A DNA stretch of 64,000 bases from Nemertoderma westbladi (lineage: Eukaryota; Animalia; Xenacoelomorpha): the NCBI GenBank assembly GCA_032718475.1, contig JAUCBJ010000742.1:64123-128122 (forward strand), read 5' to 3'. Numbering within the stretch: the first letter of the stretch is position 1; every line of letters starts with the position of its first letter. Positions 45,001 to 55,420 of this stretch are shown here, piece after piece. The notes beneath the pieces are model-generated. The model did no database searches. It saw only the letters and a program-made list of their open reading frames with translations, and was not told the origin of the DNA. The position numbers and the translations under genes were made by a program.

Positions 45001-48000
45001 ATATTGCGAAAATACAACCAGGACAGGTGAGATATTGGTAAACTACAACCTAGGACAGGTGAGATATTGGTAAACTACAACCCAGGACAGGTGAGATATT
45101 GGTAAACTACAACCCAGGACAGGTGAGATATTGGTAAACTACAACCGGGACAGGTGAGATATTGCGAAAATACAACCAGGACAGGTGAGATATTGGTAAA
45201 CTACAACCCAGGACAGGTGAGATATTGGTAAACTACAACCCAGGACAGGTGAGATATTGGTAAACTACAACCCAGGACAGGTGAGATATTGGTAAACTAC
45301 AACCCAGGACAGGTGAGATATTGGTAAACTACAACCCAGGACAGGTGAGATATTGGTAAACTACAACCCAGGACAGGTGAGATATTGGTAAACTACAACC
45401 CAGGACAGGTGAGATATTGGTAAACTACAACCTAGGACAGGTGAGATATTGGTAAACTACAACCCAGGACAGGTGAGATATTGGTAAACTACAACCCAGG
45501 ACAGGTGAGATATTGGTAAACTACAACCAGGACAGGTGAGATATTGGTAAAATACAACCAGGACAGGTGAGATATTGGTAAACTACAACCCAGGACAGGT
45601 GAGATATTGGTAAACTACAACCCAGGACAGGTGAGATATTGGTAAACTACAACCCAGGACAGGTGAGATATTGGTAAACTACAACCCAGGACAGGTGAGA
45701 TATTGGTAAACTACAACCGGGACAGGTGAGATATTGCGAAAATACAACCAGGACAGGTGAGATATTGGTAAACTACAACCCAGGACAGGTGAGATATTGG
45801 TAAACTACAACCCAGGACAGGTGAGATATTGGTAAACTACAACCCAGGACAGGTGAGATATTGGTAAACTACAACCCAGGACAGGTGAGATATTGGTAAA
45901 CTACAACCCAGGACAGGTGAGATATTGGTAAACTACAACCCAGGACAGGTGAGATATTGGTAAACTACAACCTAGGACAGGTGAGATATTGGTAAACTAC
46001 AACCCAGGACAGGTGAGATATTGGTAAACTACAACCCAGGACAGGTGAGATATTGGTAAACTACAACCAGGACAGGTGAGATATTGGTAAAATACAACCA
46101 GGACAGGTGAGATATTGGTAAACTACAACCCAGGACAGGTGAGATATTGGTAAACTACAACCCAGGACAGGTGAGATATTGGTAAACTACAACCCAGGAC
46201 AGGTGAGATATTGGTAAACTACAACCCAGGACAGGTGAGATATTGGTAAACTACAACCCAGGACAGGTGAGATATTGGTAAACTACAACCCAGGACAGGT
46301 GAGATATTGGTAAACTACAACCCAGGACAGGTGAGATATTGGTAAACTACAACCAGGGCAGGTGAGATATTGGTAAACTACAACCGGGACAGGTGAGATA
46401 TTGCGAAAATACAACCAGGACAGGTGAGATATTGGTAAACTACAACCCAGGACAGGTGAGATATTGGTAAACTACAACCCAGGACAGGTGAGATATTGGT
46501 AAACTACAACCCAGGGCAGGTGAGATATTGGTAAACTACAACCCAGGACAGGTGAGATATTGGTAAACTACAACCCAGGACAGGTGAGATATTGGTAAAC
46601 TACAACCCAGGACAGGTGAGATATTGGTAAACTACAACCGGGACAGGTGAGATATTGCGAAAATACAACCAGGACAGGTGAGATATTGGTAAACTACAAC
46701 CCAGGACAGGTGAGATATTGGTAAACTACAACCCAGGACAGGTGAGATATTGGTAAACTACAACCCAGGACAGGTGAGATATTGGTAAACTACAACCCAG
46801 GACAGGTGAGATATTGGTAAACTACAACCCAGGGCAGGTGAGATATTGGTAAACTACAACCCAGGACAGGTGAGATATTGGTAAACTACAACCCAGGACA
46901 GGTGAGATATTGGTAAACTACAACCCAGGTCAGGTGAGATATTGGGAAACTACAACCCAGGTCAGGTGAGATATTGGGAAACTACAACCAGGACAGGTGA
47001 GATATTGGTAAACTACAACCCAGGACAGGTGAGATATTGGTAAACTACAACCAGGACAGGTGAGATATTGGTAAACTACAACCCAGGACAGGTGAGATAT
47101 TGGTAAACTACAACCGGGACAGGTGAGATATTGCGAAAATACAACCAGGACAGGTGAGATATTGGTAAACTACAACCCAGGACAGGTGAGATATTGGTAA
47201 ACTACAACCCAGGACAGGTGAGATATTGGTAAACTACAACCCAGGACAGGTGAGATATTGGTAAACTACAACCCAGGACAGGTGAGATATTGGTAAACTA
47301 CAACCCAGGACAGGTGAGATATTGGTAAACTACAACCCAGGACAGGTGAGATATTGGTAAACTACAACCCAGGACAGGTGAGATATTGGTAAACTACAAC
47401 CTAGGACAGGTGAGATATTGGTAAACTACAACCCAGGACAGGTGAGATATTGGTAAACTACAACCCAGGACAGGTGAGATATTGGTAAACTACAACCAGG
47501 ACAGGTGAGATATTGGTAAAATACAACCAGGACAGGTGAGATATTGGTAAACTACAACCCAGGACAGGTGAGATATTGGTAAACTACAACCAGGACAGGT
47601 GAGATATTGGTAAACTACAACCCAGGGCAGGTGAGATATTGGTAAACTACAACCCAGGGCAGGTGAGATATTGGTAAACTACAACCCAGGACAGGTGAGA
47701 TATTGGTAAACTACAACCCAGGATAGGTGAGATATTGGTAAACTACAAACCAGGACAGGTGAGATATTGGTAAACTACAACCAGGACAGGTGAGATATTG
47801 GTAAACTACAAACCAGGACAGGTGAGATATTGGTAAACTACAACCTAGGACAGGTGAGATATTGGTAAACTACAACCCAGGACAGGTGAGATATTGGTAA
47901 ACTACAACCCAGGACAGGTGAGATATTGGTAAACTACAACCCAGGACAGGTGAGATATTGGTAAACTACAACCAGGACAGGTGAGATATTGGTAAACTAC

Positions 48001-48454
48001 AAACCAGGACAGGTGAGATATTGGTAAACTACAACCAGGACAGGTGAGATATTGGTAAACTACAACCCAGGACAGGTGAGATATTGGTAAACTACAACCC
48101 AGGACAGGTGAGATATTGGTAAACTACAACCCAGGACAGGTGAGATATTGGTAAACTACAACCCAGGACAGGTGAGATATTGGTAAACTACAACCCAGGA
48201 TAGGTGAGATATTGGTAAACTACAAACCAGGACAGGTGAGATATTGGTAAACTACAACCTAGGACAGGTGAGATATTGGTAAACTACAACCCAGGACAGG
48301 TGAGATATTGGTAAACTACAACCCAGGATAGGTGAGATATTGGTAAACTACAAACCAGGACAGGTGAGATATTGGTAAACTACAACCAGGACAGGTGAGA
48401 TATTGGTAAACTACAAACCAGGACAGGTGAGATATTGGTAAACTACAAACCAGG
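1..48454 (+). repeat. Giant 31/32-bp tandem satellite/minisatellite, about 1,500 units, extending beyond the left edge of the window
   Basis: Main 32-mer GTGAGATATTGGTAAACTACAACCCAGGACAG; main 31-mer GTGAGATATTGCGAAAATACAACCAGGACAG. Other variants include GGGAAACT, GGGAAAAT, CCAGGGCAG, CCAAGACAG, CCTAGG, CCAGTACAG and CCAGGATAG. Ends abruptly at ...CTACAAACCAGG|TCAATATAATAAT. Confidence 0.99.
4170..29810 (+). repeat. Higher-order duplication inside the satellite: ~4170-14430 repeated at ~19550-29810 (offset 15,382 bp)
   Basis: Identical ORF-track entries recur at a constant 15,382-bp offset (4351/19733, 6928/22310, 13208/28590, 14139/29521). Rare variant units recur at the same offset: CAGGTAAGAT 6909/22291, CCAAGACAGATGAG ~7830/23212, GGAGAGG ~11267/26649. 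Bases 1-~1900 also match ~15524-18250, with an extra ~0.8-kb internal duplication. Confidence 0.9.
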
Positions 48455-48786
48455 TCAATATAATAATATTATAAGGAATAAACACCTTAAAATTCAGTTT
48501 ATTCTCGTATGAAATCTTGTTTAAACCGGAACCCGGCAAAAAATGTTTTTCACATTTTGTAAAATGAAAAGTTTTTTGGACCGGGGGTCGCGGGATCCCG
48601 AAATATAATGAAGTCAATTTATTTTAATTTTACAAAAAATTAAGAATGACATTTCCAATGTAGCGGCTCTGAAAAATAATTCAGTCTGGAATTTTAAATG
48701 GAAGTTTTACATTTATAATATTTTTGTTTCTGGGCATTAGTATTTAATTGTCACATTTTCAGAATTATTTATTTCGACCATTTTAG

Positions 48787-48939
48787 CGGGAATGGAGCGA
48801 TTTCCTCGAAGGGTCGCAAGGTGGCGCACCTCTAGATGACGACATTCTCGACTTGTCGTCACTGACCCTGTCAGACAGACAACAACGGGACCTTTATCAA
48901 GCCGCGCGCGTTATATATTTCGCCTTCCGAAAGTACAAG
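48787..48939 (+). CDS. CAMTA: Internal coding exon of a CAMTA-family (calmodulin-binding transcription activator) gene: pre-IQ segment and first IQ-like motif
   Basis: Acceptor ccattttag|CGG and donor AAG|gtgcgt; 153 nt, phase 0-0. Translation: REWSDFLEGSQGGAPLDDDILDLSSLTLSDRQQRDLYQAARVIYFAFRKYK. This matches the recalled animal CAMTA motif (D)WSEFL...LTLSDHEQRELYEAARLVQTAFRKYK. Confidence 0.88.
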
Positions 48940-49234
48940 GTGCGTTCCTCCGTTCCTTTTAGCCGAAACTATTTCTATTTCAGCCGTACATCTAACCCAA
49001 TTATTTATCAAATTTCATTTCGTCTGCTTAGCCACATATTTACATCCATCAGTCTACATCCACCTACCCAAAACACCTTTCTATTTCCCCGCGGTGTGAC
49101 GGGATCCCCGAGTTGGCGAGGGAATCCCGACCGGTGTGTTTGTGTTTGGGTAGTACGCGCTGCTGTAAGGCTTGTGGTATCTGAAAGGCCGAAGGCCGAT
49201 GGAATAACTGAGTTTTTAGTTGCAGTTGTTCGTA

Positions 49235-50125
49235 CACCATAACCCTTAATACAACAACCATTTTTAGAGGGTCAGAGCCCCCCCCCCCCCCCCCCCTAAT
49301 TATTTTCAAATTTCAATAAAATGCTACGAAATTCGGTATGATGATAGATCGACACCTTTTCTTACTGGTGGCCTGGCCGGATTTTTCAATTTCTCAGTTA
49401 TTTACCTACAACAATCCCGTAAAAAATGTCTATTTAGCAATGTTTAACCACCTCCGTAGACTTTATTTTACGTCTTTGACATGTAATCTAGATATCATTG
49501 GAACCGCCTTCGTCTGTAGATACCGAATCTGAAAACCGTTTTAAAATTAACCAAAAAGTGGTAAAGATATTATCAAAATACCAATGTGTAAATGCAGAGA
49601 CGTAAATCGCTATCATTCTGATGTTTTGTTGTATTTATTCTAGAATAATAATTATTATTTAGCTGAGCGTTTAAAATTCTTGATCTTGTTTTTTCATTAC
49701 CCATAATTAATATTCTAGAATTGAGTAAAAAAAACATTAGAATTATAGCGATTTACGTCACAAAAATTTACACCTTAGTATTTTGATAATTTCTCCGGAA
49801 GTTCTCGGTGAAATTTTCAACGGGTTTTAGATTCAGAATCTGCAGATGAAGGCGGTTCTAATGATATCTAGAATTCATTCCAAAGACGAAACATAAAGCC
49901 GTCGGAGGTGGCTAAATATTGCGAAATAGACGATTTTTAAAGGCTTGTTGTATCGAAATAGCTCATAAATTGAAAAATCCGGCCTGGCCACCAGTAAGAA
50001 AAGGTGTCGATCTATCATCATACCAAATTTCGTAGCATTTTATTGAAATTTGAAAAAAATTTTTGGGGGGGGGGAGGGGGGGCTCCGACCTCCTAAAAAT
50101 GGTTGTTGTATTAAGGGTTATGGTG
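49235..50125. mobile_element. 891-bp non-autonomous foldback DNA transposon (MITE); TA target duplication, Tc1/mariner-type
   Basis: TA|CACCATAACCCTTAATACAACAACCATTTTTAG at 49233 is the exact reverse complement of CTAAAAATGGTTGTTGTATTAAGGGTTATGGTG|TA ending at 50127. Inverted similarity continues inward for ~410 bp (e.g. CGTAAATCGCTAT vs ATAGCGATTTACG, TTCTAGAATA vs TATTCTAGAA), leaving a ~60-bp loop. Confidence 0.9.
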
Positions 50126-51719
50126 TAATATCAGAATACAATAATAGCACAATCAGTATACAATAATAGCACGGTTAATGACGACGGTCTAAACCGTCTT
50201 GCTTCCAACTAAACAACAGGTATTAAAGACAACGGTTATATTACTAACACATACGGAATATAGCTACTTAGTATTTGGCCTGGCCAATGGATGCGTCTTA
50301 ATCAGGTGGTAATCTGCCCCACCATTGGCTACTTTGTTCTACCTCCCTTGGCAACCCCTAGGCCCAAACTCACAAAAAGTGGCCAAAAACGTTTCCCAAA
50401 CGATTCGACTTAATTTTAGAATGAAATTTTTTTTGGAACCTAGTAAAGTTATATATATTTTTGAAGATGATTTTATGGTCCAACAGATACACAAAAATCA
50501 TACTGCCACTCCGACATTGAAAGATTTTACAGACCTTTTAGTACTAAAAAATTCAGGTTCTTCAATTGTCCAAAAAAGTTCATTGCATTGTGGGGGATGT
50601 ATTTTGATATCTACTGGGTGTATTTCAACAAGTTATAGCTCATTTTAAAGCTAAATAATAGAGGAATGTAATGGAATAACTTCCAAATTGTTTTATTGAT
50701 ATCATATTTAAATAAAACAAGAGATAATATACCCCTATTTTTGACAATTACTTGTCCCAAACGGTAACAACTGAATTCACCAATAGGTTTTTATTTGGAT
50801 TCTATAAACTAAATTCTTATTTGAAAGGTAAATCTTCAAGAAGTGGAATGTTCCAGATTTTACGAAAAAATACAAACACAACCAGAGATATGGCTGGTTT
50901 TATACGTGCGAGTCGATTATGTCAATTAGGATTGTCCCATGTGTAATACCAAGTGCACTGCTTTACCATGCTCTAGAATCAGTTCAAACAAACTTGATAT
51001 TAAGATTCAAATATCAGAAGATAGCTAAGTTCTTGGTCTATTGCGTGAGTAATCATTTGTGGCAACTATTGACTATGGAATAGACTTTAGTTGCTTTTAC
51101 ATTTATCAGCATGAGCTTTGTCCCACCTGTAACAAAAGCCTGTAACACAAAAAATCGTTACAAGGCGGGACGTTCCACATGTAATATGTAAATCGGGCTA
51201 CAGAATGGGACATGTCTCACCTGTAACACTTTAGTAGTGCAGACTTTATAACATTGATAAGGCTGTAGGTCATGCACACAGAACAGCAGTATTAACTGTG
51301 AATTGGTACTTACCTACCTACAGTAGTACCGGTAACAGTATCAGTGCTGCCTCTTTATTGCGTTTGATTCGAAGTTATTGGATCTACAGATCTGCGCAGT
51401 GCATAGAGTTTACTGTTGACTACTAAACAAACTAATCCTAACCAGAACCAGTTATAAGACACTGATACAGACACTATGTGACTGCGGTATAGAATAGAGA
51501 CCACATTTCATTACTTATTAGACATCAGTTTGCCGTTCCGGTATCAATATACTGATAGTAAATAAAAATAGGACTAATAATACTGATCTGTCTTATATGG
51601 AATGCGGTCCATCTTAGATCTATCTTCTGCGATTGGGAGAGGGAGATTGGGAGCTCCGTTGGGGGAGCAGTTAGAGGTGGGTGGGGGGGGGGGGGGGGGG
51701 TAAAAAAAAGAGGTCTAGG

Positions 51720-51905
51720 GGGGCAGTTGGAGGTGTGAGGGGAAAGGTAGAGGTGCAAGGGGAGCAGTTGGAGGTGCGAGGGGAAAAGGTCGAGGTGCAA
51801 GAGGAGCAGTTGGAGGTGCGAGGGGAAAAGGTCGAGGTGCAAGAGGAGCAGTTGGAAGTGTGAGGGGAACAGGTAGAGGTGCAAGTGGAGCAGTTGGAGG
51901 AGCGA
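51720..51905 (+). repeat. Short 42-bp G-rich tandem repeat, about 4 copies
   Basis: Unit GAGCAGTTGGAGGTGCGAGGGGAAAAGGTCGAGGTGCAAGAG. Confidence 0.85.
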
Positions 51906-51951
51906 GGGGAGTAGTTAGTGCGAGAGCAGTAGGTAGAGGTGCGAGAGGAGA

Positions 51952-53310
51952 ATGGGAGGAACTGTGGAGGGTGTGGGAGACAGGGTGAAAGGTACAGGAG
52001 GATCTGTGGAGGGTGTGGGAGACAGGGTGAGAAGTACATGAGGATCTGTGGAGGGTGTGGGAGACAGGGTGAAAAGTACAGGAGGATCTGTGGAGGGTGT
52101 TGGAGACGGAGTGGGAAGTACAGGAGGATCTGTGGAGGGTGTGGGAGACGGAGTGGAAAGTACAGGAGGATCTGTGGAGGGTGTGGGAGACGGAGTGGGA
52201 GCTATGGGAGGATCTGTGGAGGGTGTGGGAGACGGAATGGGAAGTACAGGAGGATCTGTGGAGGGTGTGGGAGACAGGGTGAAAAGTACAGGAGGATCTG
52301 TGGAGGGTGTGGGAGACAGGGTGAAAAGAACAGGAGGATCTGTGGAGGGTGTTGGAGACGGAGTGGGAAGTACAGGAGGATCTGTGGAGGGTGTGGGAGA
52401 CGGAGTGGAAAGTACAGGAGGATCTGTGGAGGGTGTGGGAGACGGAGTGGGAGCTATGGGAGGATCTGTGGAGGGTGTGGGAGACGGAATGGGAAGTACA
52501 GGAGGATCTGTGGAGGGTGTGGGAGACAGGGTGAGAAGTACAGGATGATCTGTGGAGGGTGTGGGAGACGGAGTGGGAGCTATGGGAGGATCTGTGGAGG
52601 GTGTGGGAGACGGAATGGGAAGTACAGGAGGATCTGTGGAGGGTGTGGGAGACAGGGTGAGAAGTACAGGAGGATCTGTGGAGGGTGTGGGAGACAGGGT
52701 GAGAAGTACAGGAGGATCTGTGGAGGGTCTGGGAGACAGGGTGAGAAGTACAGGAGGATCTGTGGAGGGTGTGTGAGACAGGGTGAGAAGTACAGGATGA
52801 TCTGTGGAGGGTGTGGGAGACAGGGTGAGAAGTACAGGAGGATATGTGGAGGGTGTGGGAGACGGAGTGGGAAGTACAGGAGGATCTGTGGAGGGTTTGG
52901 GAGACAGGGTGAGAAGTACAGGAGGATCTGTGAAGGGTGTGGGAGACGAAGTGGGAAGTACAGTAGGCTCTGTGGAGGGTGTGGGAGACGGAGTGGGAGG
53001 TATGGGAGGATCTGTGGAGGGTGTGGGAGACGGAATGGGAAGTACAGGAGGATATGTGGAGGGTGTGGGAGACGGAGTGGGAAGTACAGGAGGATCTGTG
53101 GAGGGTGTGGGAGACGGAGTGGGAAGTACAGGAGGATCTGTGGAGGGTTTGGGAGACAGGGTGAGAAGTACAGGAGGATCTGTGAAGGTTGTGGGAGACG
53201 AAGTGGGAAGTACAGGAGGATCTGTGGAGGGTGTGGGAGACAGGGTGAGAAGTACAGGAGGATCTGTGAAGGTTGTGGGAGACGAAGTGGGAAGTACAGG
53301 ATGATCTAGG
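51952..53310 (+). repeat. 42-bp G-rich minisatellite, about 32 copies, inside the TIR element
   Basis: Unit GGATCTGTGGAGGGTGTGGGAGACAGGGTGAGAAGTACAGGA and variants (GACGGAGTGGGAAGT, GACGGAATGGGA); gives 14-aa periodicity in the ORF track. Confidence 0.95.
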
Positions 53311-53524
53311 GAGGGTGGGGATGAAAGTGATAATGAACAATTTACAGGTTTTGAAGGAGGGGGGGGGGGGGGGGGGGGGTATGGGATGATCCGTGGCGGC
53401 TATACAAGATAACGTTTGGAATACAGGAGATTCTATGGAGGGTGTAGAAGATGGAGTGGGGAGTACAGGAGGTTCTGTGGAGGGTGGAGATGAAACTGAT
53501 GAACAATTTATAGGTTTTGACTAA
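51952..53524 (+). pseudogene. Possible decayed transposon-borne ORF: (GGSVEGVGDGVGST)n repeats ending in acidic FxGF motifs
   Basis: One frame reads GGSVEGVGD... interrupted by GGA>TGA changes, then SREGGDESDNEQFTGFEG (53305-53358). After a poly-G slip it continues ...GGSVEGGDETDEQFIGFD* (stop 53522-53524). Confidence 0.4.
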
Positions 53525-54319
53525 ACTGCTCAGCCATAGTGATATACAGTTATAAACTCGGTAATAAACTCGTCATACTTTGTGAATTTTCATATAAATC
53601 GTCACTAAAGTACCCAAAGTGGTTAAAATGTTTTATAAACTCTTTATGTTTATTTGATAAATTATAATATTTTATAATTTTTCGAGAAATTGGGACCATA
53701 AAGATTTATCATGATTGATTTTATTATCAAATAAGCTTTATTGGGATGTGTTACTGGGATCAGGAATGGCTGCATAGCTCCCACTCAGAGACGAACTCTA
53801 GGTTAATTTAACATATCAGTGTAATTACAACTGGTGTTACATGGTGGGACAAATTGTTACAGGCATCGGAAATCACCATTCAAGGGCTCTGATTGGCTGA
53901 TATCGGGCGTTACATTGTGGGACAAGTGTTACAGGAATGGACATCTGTTTTTCTCAATTATTTGTTACCATGAGGTCGGGGCTATTACCACCATTGAATT
54001 CAGCGCATCGAGAGCTTTCTGGTGATATATAATATTACATACTTTGGGAAACTTTTTTTTTTTACAACAAAAATATTTTTTTTGGCCACTTTTTGTGATT
54101 TTGAGCCCTAACCTCTGCGTGCACGTGCTAGCTTTCCGCTCCTTGGTGGCTTGTAGCCTCTCATCTCTCCTTGTGGCTGGCAATGTATATTGCCTACGTT
54201 GGTTGGTAGGTGACATAATATTGGTAATGTCGCCTATATAGCCAACTATAATTGGTAAAAAGCCACTTTCCCCATTTTCCGCCGGGTGGTGCAGCGAATT
54301 GGATCCGCTAACACCCTTC

Positions 54320-54717
54320 ACTTTACGTCCCGCAGTGTGTGACCCTTACTTTATGACCCGCATATTATTCTCTTTTACTTTATATCACGTATGGTGTATT
54401 TCCATTTCTTTATGTCCCGCCATGTATTTCTTTTACTTTATGTCCCGCACTGTATTCCCTTTACTTTATGTCCCGCAATGTATTCCCTTTACTTTATGTA
54501 CCGCACTGTATTTCTTTACTTTATGACCCGCAATGTATTCCCTTTACTTTATACCATCACTGTATTCCCTTTACTTTATACCATCACTGTATTCCCTTTA
54601 CTTTATGTCCCGCACTGTATTTCTTTACTTTATATCCCGCACTGTATTACCTTTACTTTATGTCCCGCTCTGTATTTATTTACTTTATGTCCCGCAATGT
54701 ATTCCCTCTACTTTATA
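54320..54717 (+). repeat. 27/28-bp pyrimidine-rich minisatellite, left part
   Basis: Units TTTACTTTATGTCCCGCACTGTATTCCC (28 bp) and TTTACTTTATGTCCCGCACTGTATTTC (27 bp); degenerate at the left edge. Confidence 0.92.
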
Positions 54718-55420
54718 ATCGTACGTATATTAGAACAACTAGCATTATTGATGCTATAAGTTGACAGCACACGATTACTGGACTACATAAACATAAAACA
54801 TTGTCAGCTCCAGCGCCAATAGAAAATATACAATTCTCAGATGCACAATGCATAAAGAAATAACAACATATATTATACATCATAGATTTGAGTAGTTACA
54901 ATTATATTGATATAGGTTAAGTTACATATTCGATTATAGCAATAACAATATATTTCTAAGTTTGGTAGCCTTACTAATAAAGATAGATAGATTTTTTACT
55001 TCAGATCTGGACTGGGATGATAATAATTTGCGGTACTTAAAAACGGATGGAAATAATTGATAATACATTTTAATAAATTCTATTCTTAGTTCTCTGTATG
55101 CGGGACAAATCAGTAAAAAATGAAGTTCATCCTCAATTTCTCCAGAGTTACAGATTCGACACAATCTCTCGGAAGGCTCCTGTCGCTCCCACCGGCCTAC
55201 CTCCACTTGCAACCTGTGGCTTGAGCACCTCAGGCGGGCTAGCGCCAGCTTTAAGGAGGGGAAACTTTTCAGAGAGTTCAAATACAGTTCTGTACCAAAC
55301 CGATCTTTAATGTAGAGTCTCCCCTTAGGTGACCCGTTTATATTTGCCCACCAGGCCTGTACGAACTGGTCAGATAAAATCCGTTTGACTAATCCTAAAA
55401 ACTATTTCGATCCTCAACCT
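54718..55420 (-). mobile_element. 5'-truncated non-LTR retrotransposon fragment (ORF2 C-terminal Cys/His zinc-binding region plus 3' UTR; RTE-X-like) interrupting the minisatellite
   Basis: Minus-strand frame ~55401-54934 reads FLGLVKRILSDQFVQAWWANINGSPKGRLY...LARLRCSSHRLQVEVGRWERQEPSERLCRICNSGEIEDELHFLLICPAY. This is the typical R-R-S-H-L-E-GR / CxxC / EDExHF / CxxY LINE tail. The minisatellite phase (CCTCTACTTTATA | CTCACTGT) resumes across the insert. Confidence 0.82.

Larger units (their letters stand above)
50361..54107. mobile_element. ~3.75-kb non-autonomous TIR DNA transposon with 3-bp TSD (CTA), possibly PIF/Harbinger-like
   Basis: Left end cta|GGCCCAAACTCACAAAAAGTGGCCAAAAA; right end TTTTTGGCCACTTTTTGTGATTTTGAGCC|cta (29 bp, 2 mismatches). 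GTTTCCCAAA is shared further in. Internal inverted motif clusters: TTTGTCCCACCTGTAACA (51117) and TGTTACATGGTGGGACAAA (53835). The superfamily is inferred only from GGC termini and the 3-bp TSD. Confidence 0.72.

Noticed and set aside
1-48454. CRISPR-like appearance (constant core with variable intervening bases)
   Set aside because: There are no unique spacers; the variable part is a handful of alleles of one sequence. No cas genes, and the context is eukaryotic.
1-48454. Recursive-splicing ratchet points or 5-nt microexons (CAG|GT; CCAG-GACAG-GT)
   Set aside because: The AG/GT geometry is present, but there is no polypyrimidine tract or branch point in the unit, so acceptor use is unsupported.
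48532-48600. Small imperfect palindrome CCGGCAAAAAA...TTTTTTGGACCGG
   Set aside because: Short and low-complexity; at most a decayed MITE fragment.
387-48617. Dozens of short ORFs (MYFRNISPVL..., MRYCENTT...)
   Set aside because: They are translations of the 31/32-bp repeat with non-ATG starts, and unit lengths are not multiples of three.
48761-48786. Alternative acceptor TTTTCAG at 48762
   Set aside because: It would add 24 nt ending in an in-frame TAG.
48940-49242. C-terminal part of ORF 48853-49242
   Set aside because: CAMTA similarity stops at the AAG|GT donor; the rest is intron read-through.
51215-51224. 10-bp reverse-complement match (TCTCACCTGT) to the satellite core
   Set aside because: Too short to support a common origin.
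51715-53340. 541-aa His/Ser-rich ORF (-) and 456-aa CGGC-repeat ORF (+)
   Set aside because: They are alternative frames of the 42-bp minisatellite; the apparent metal-binding repeats have no non-repetitive domain support.
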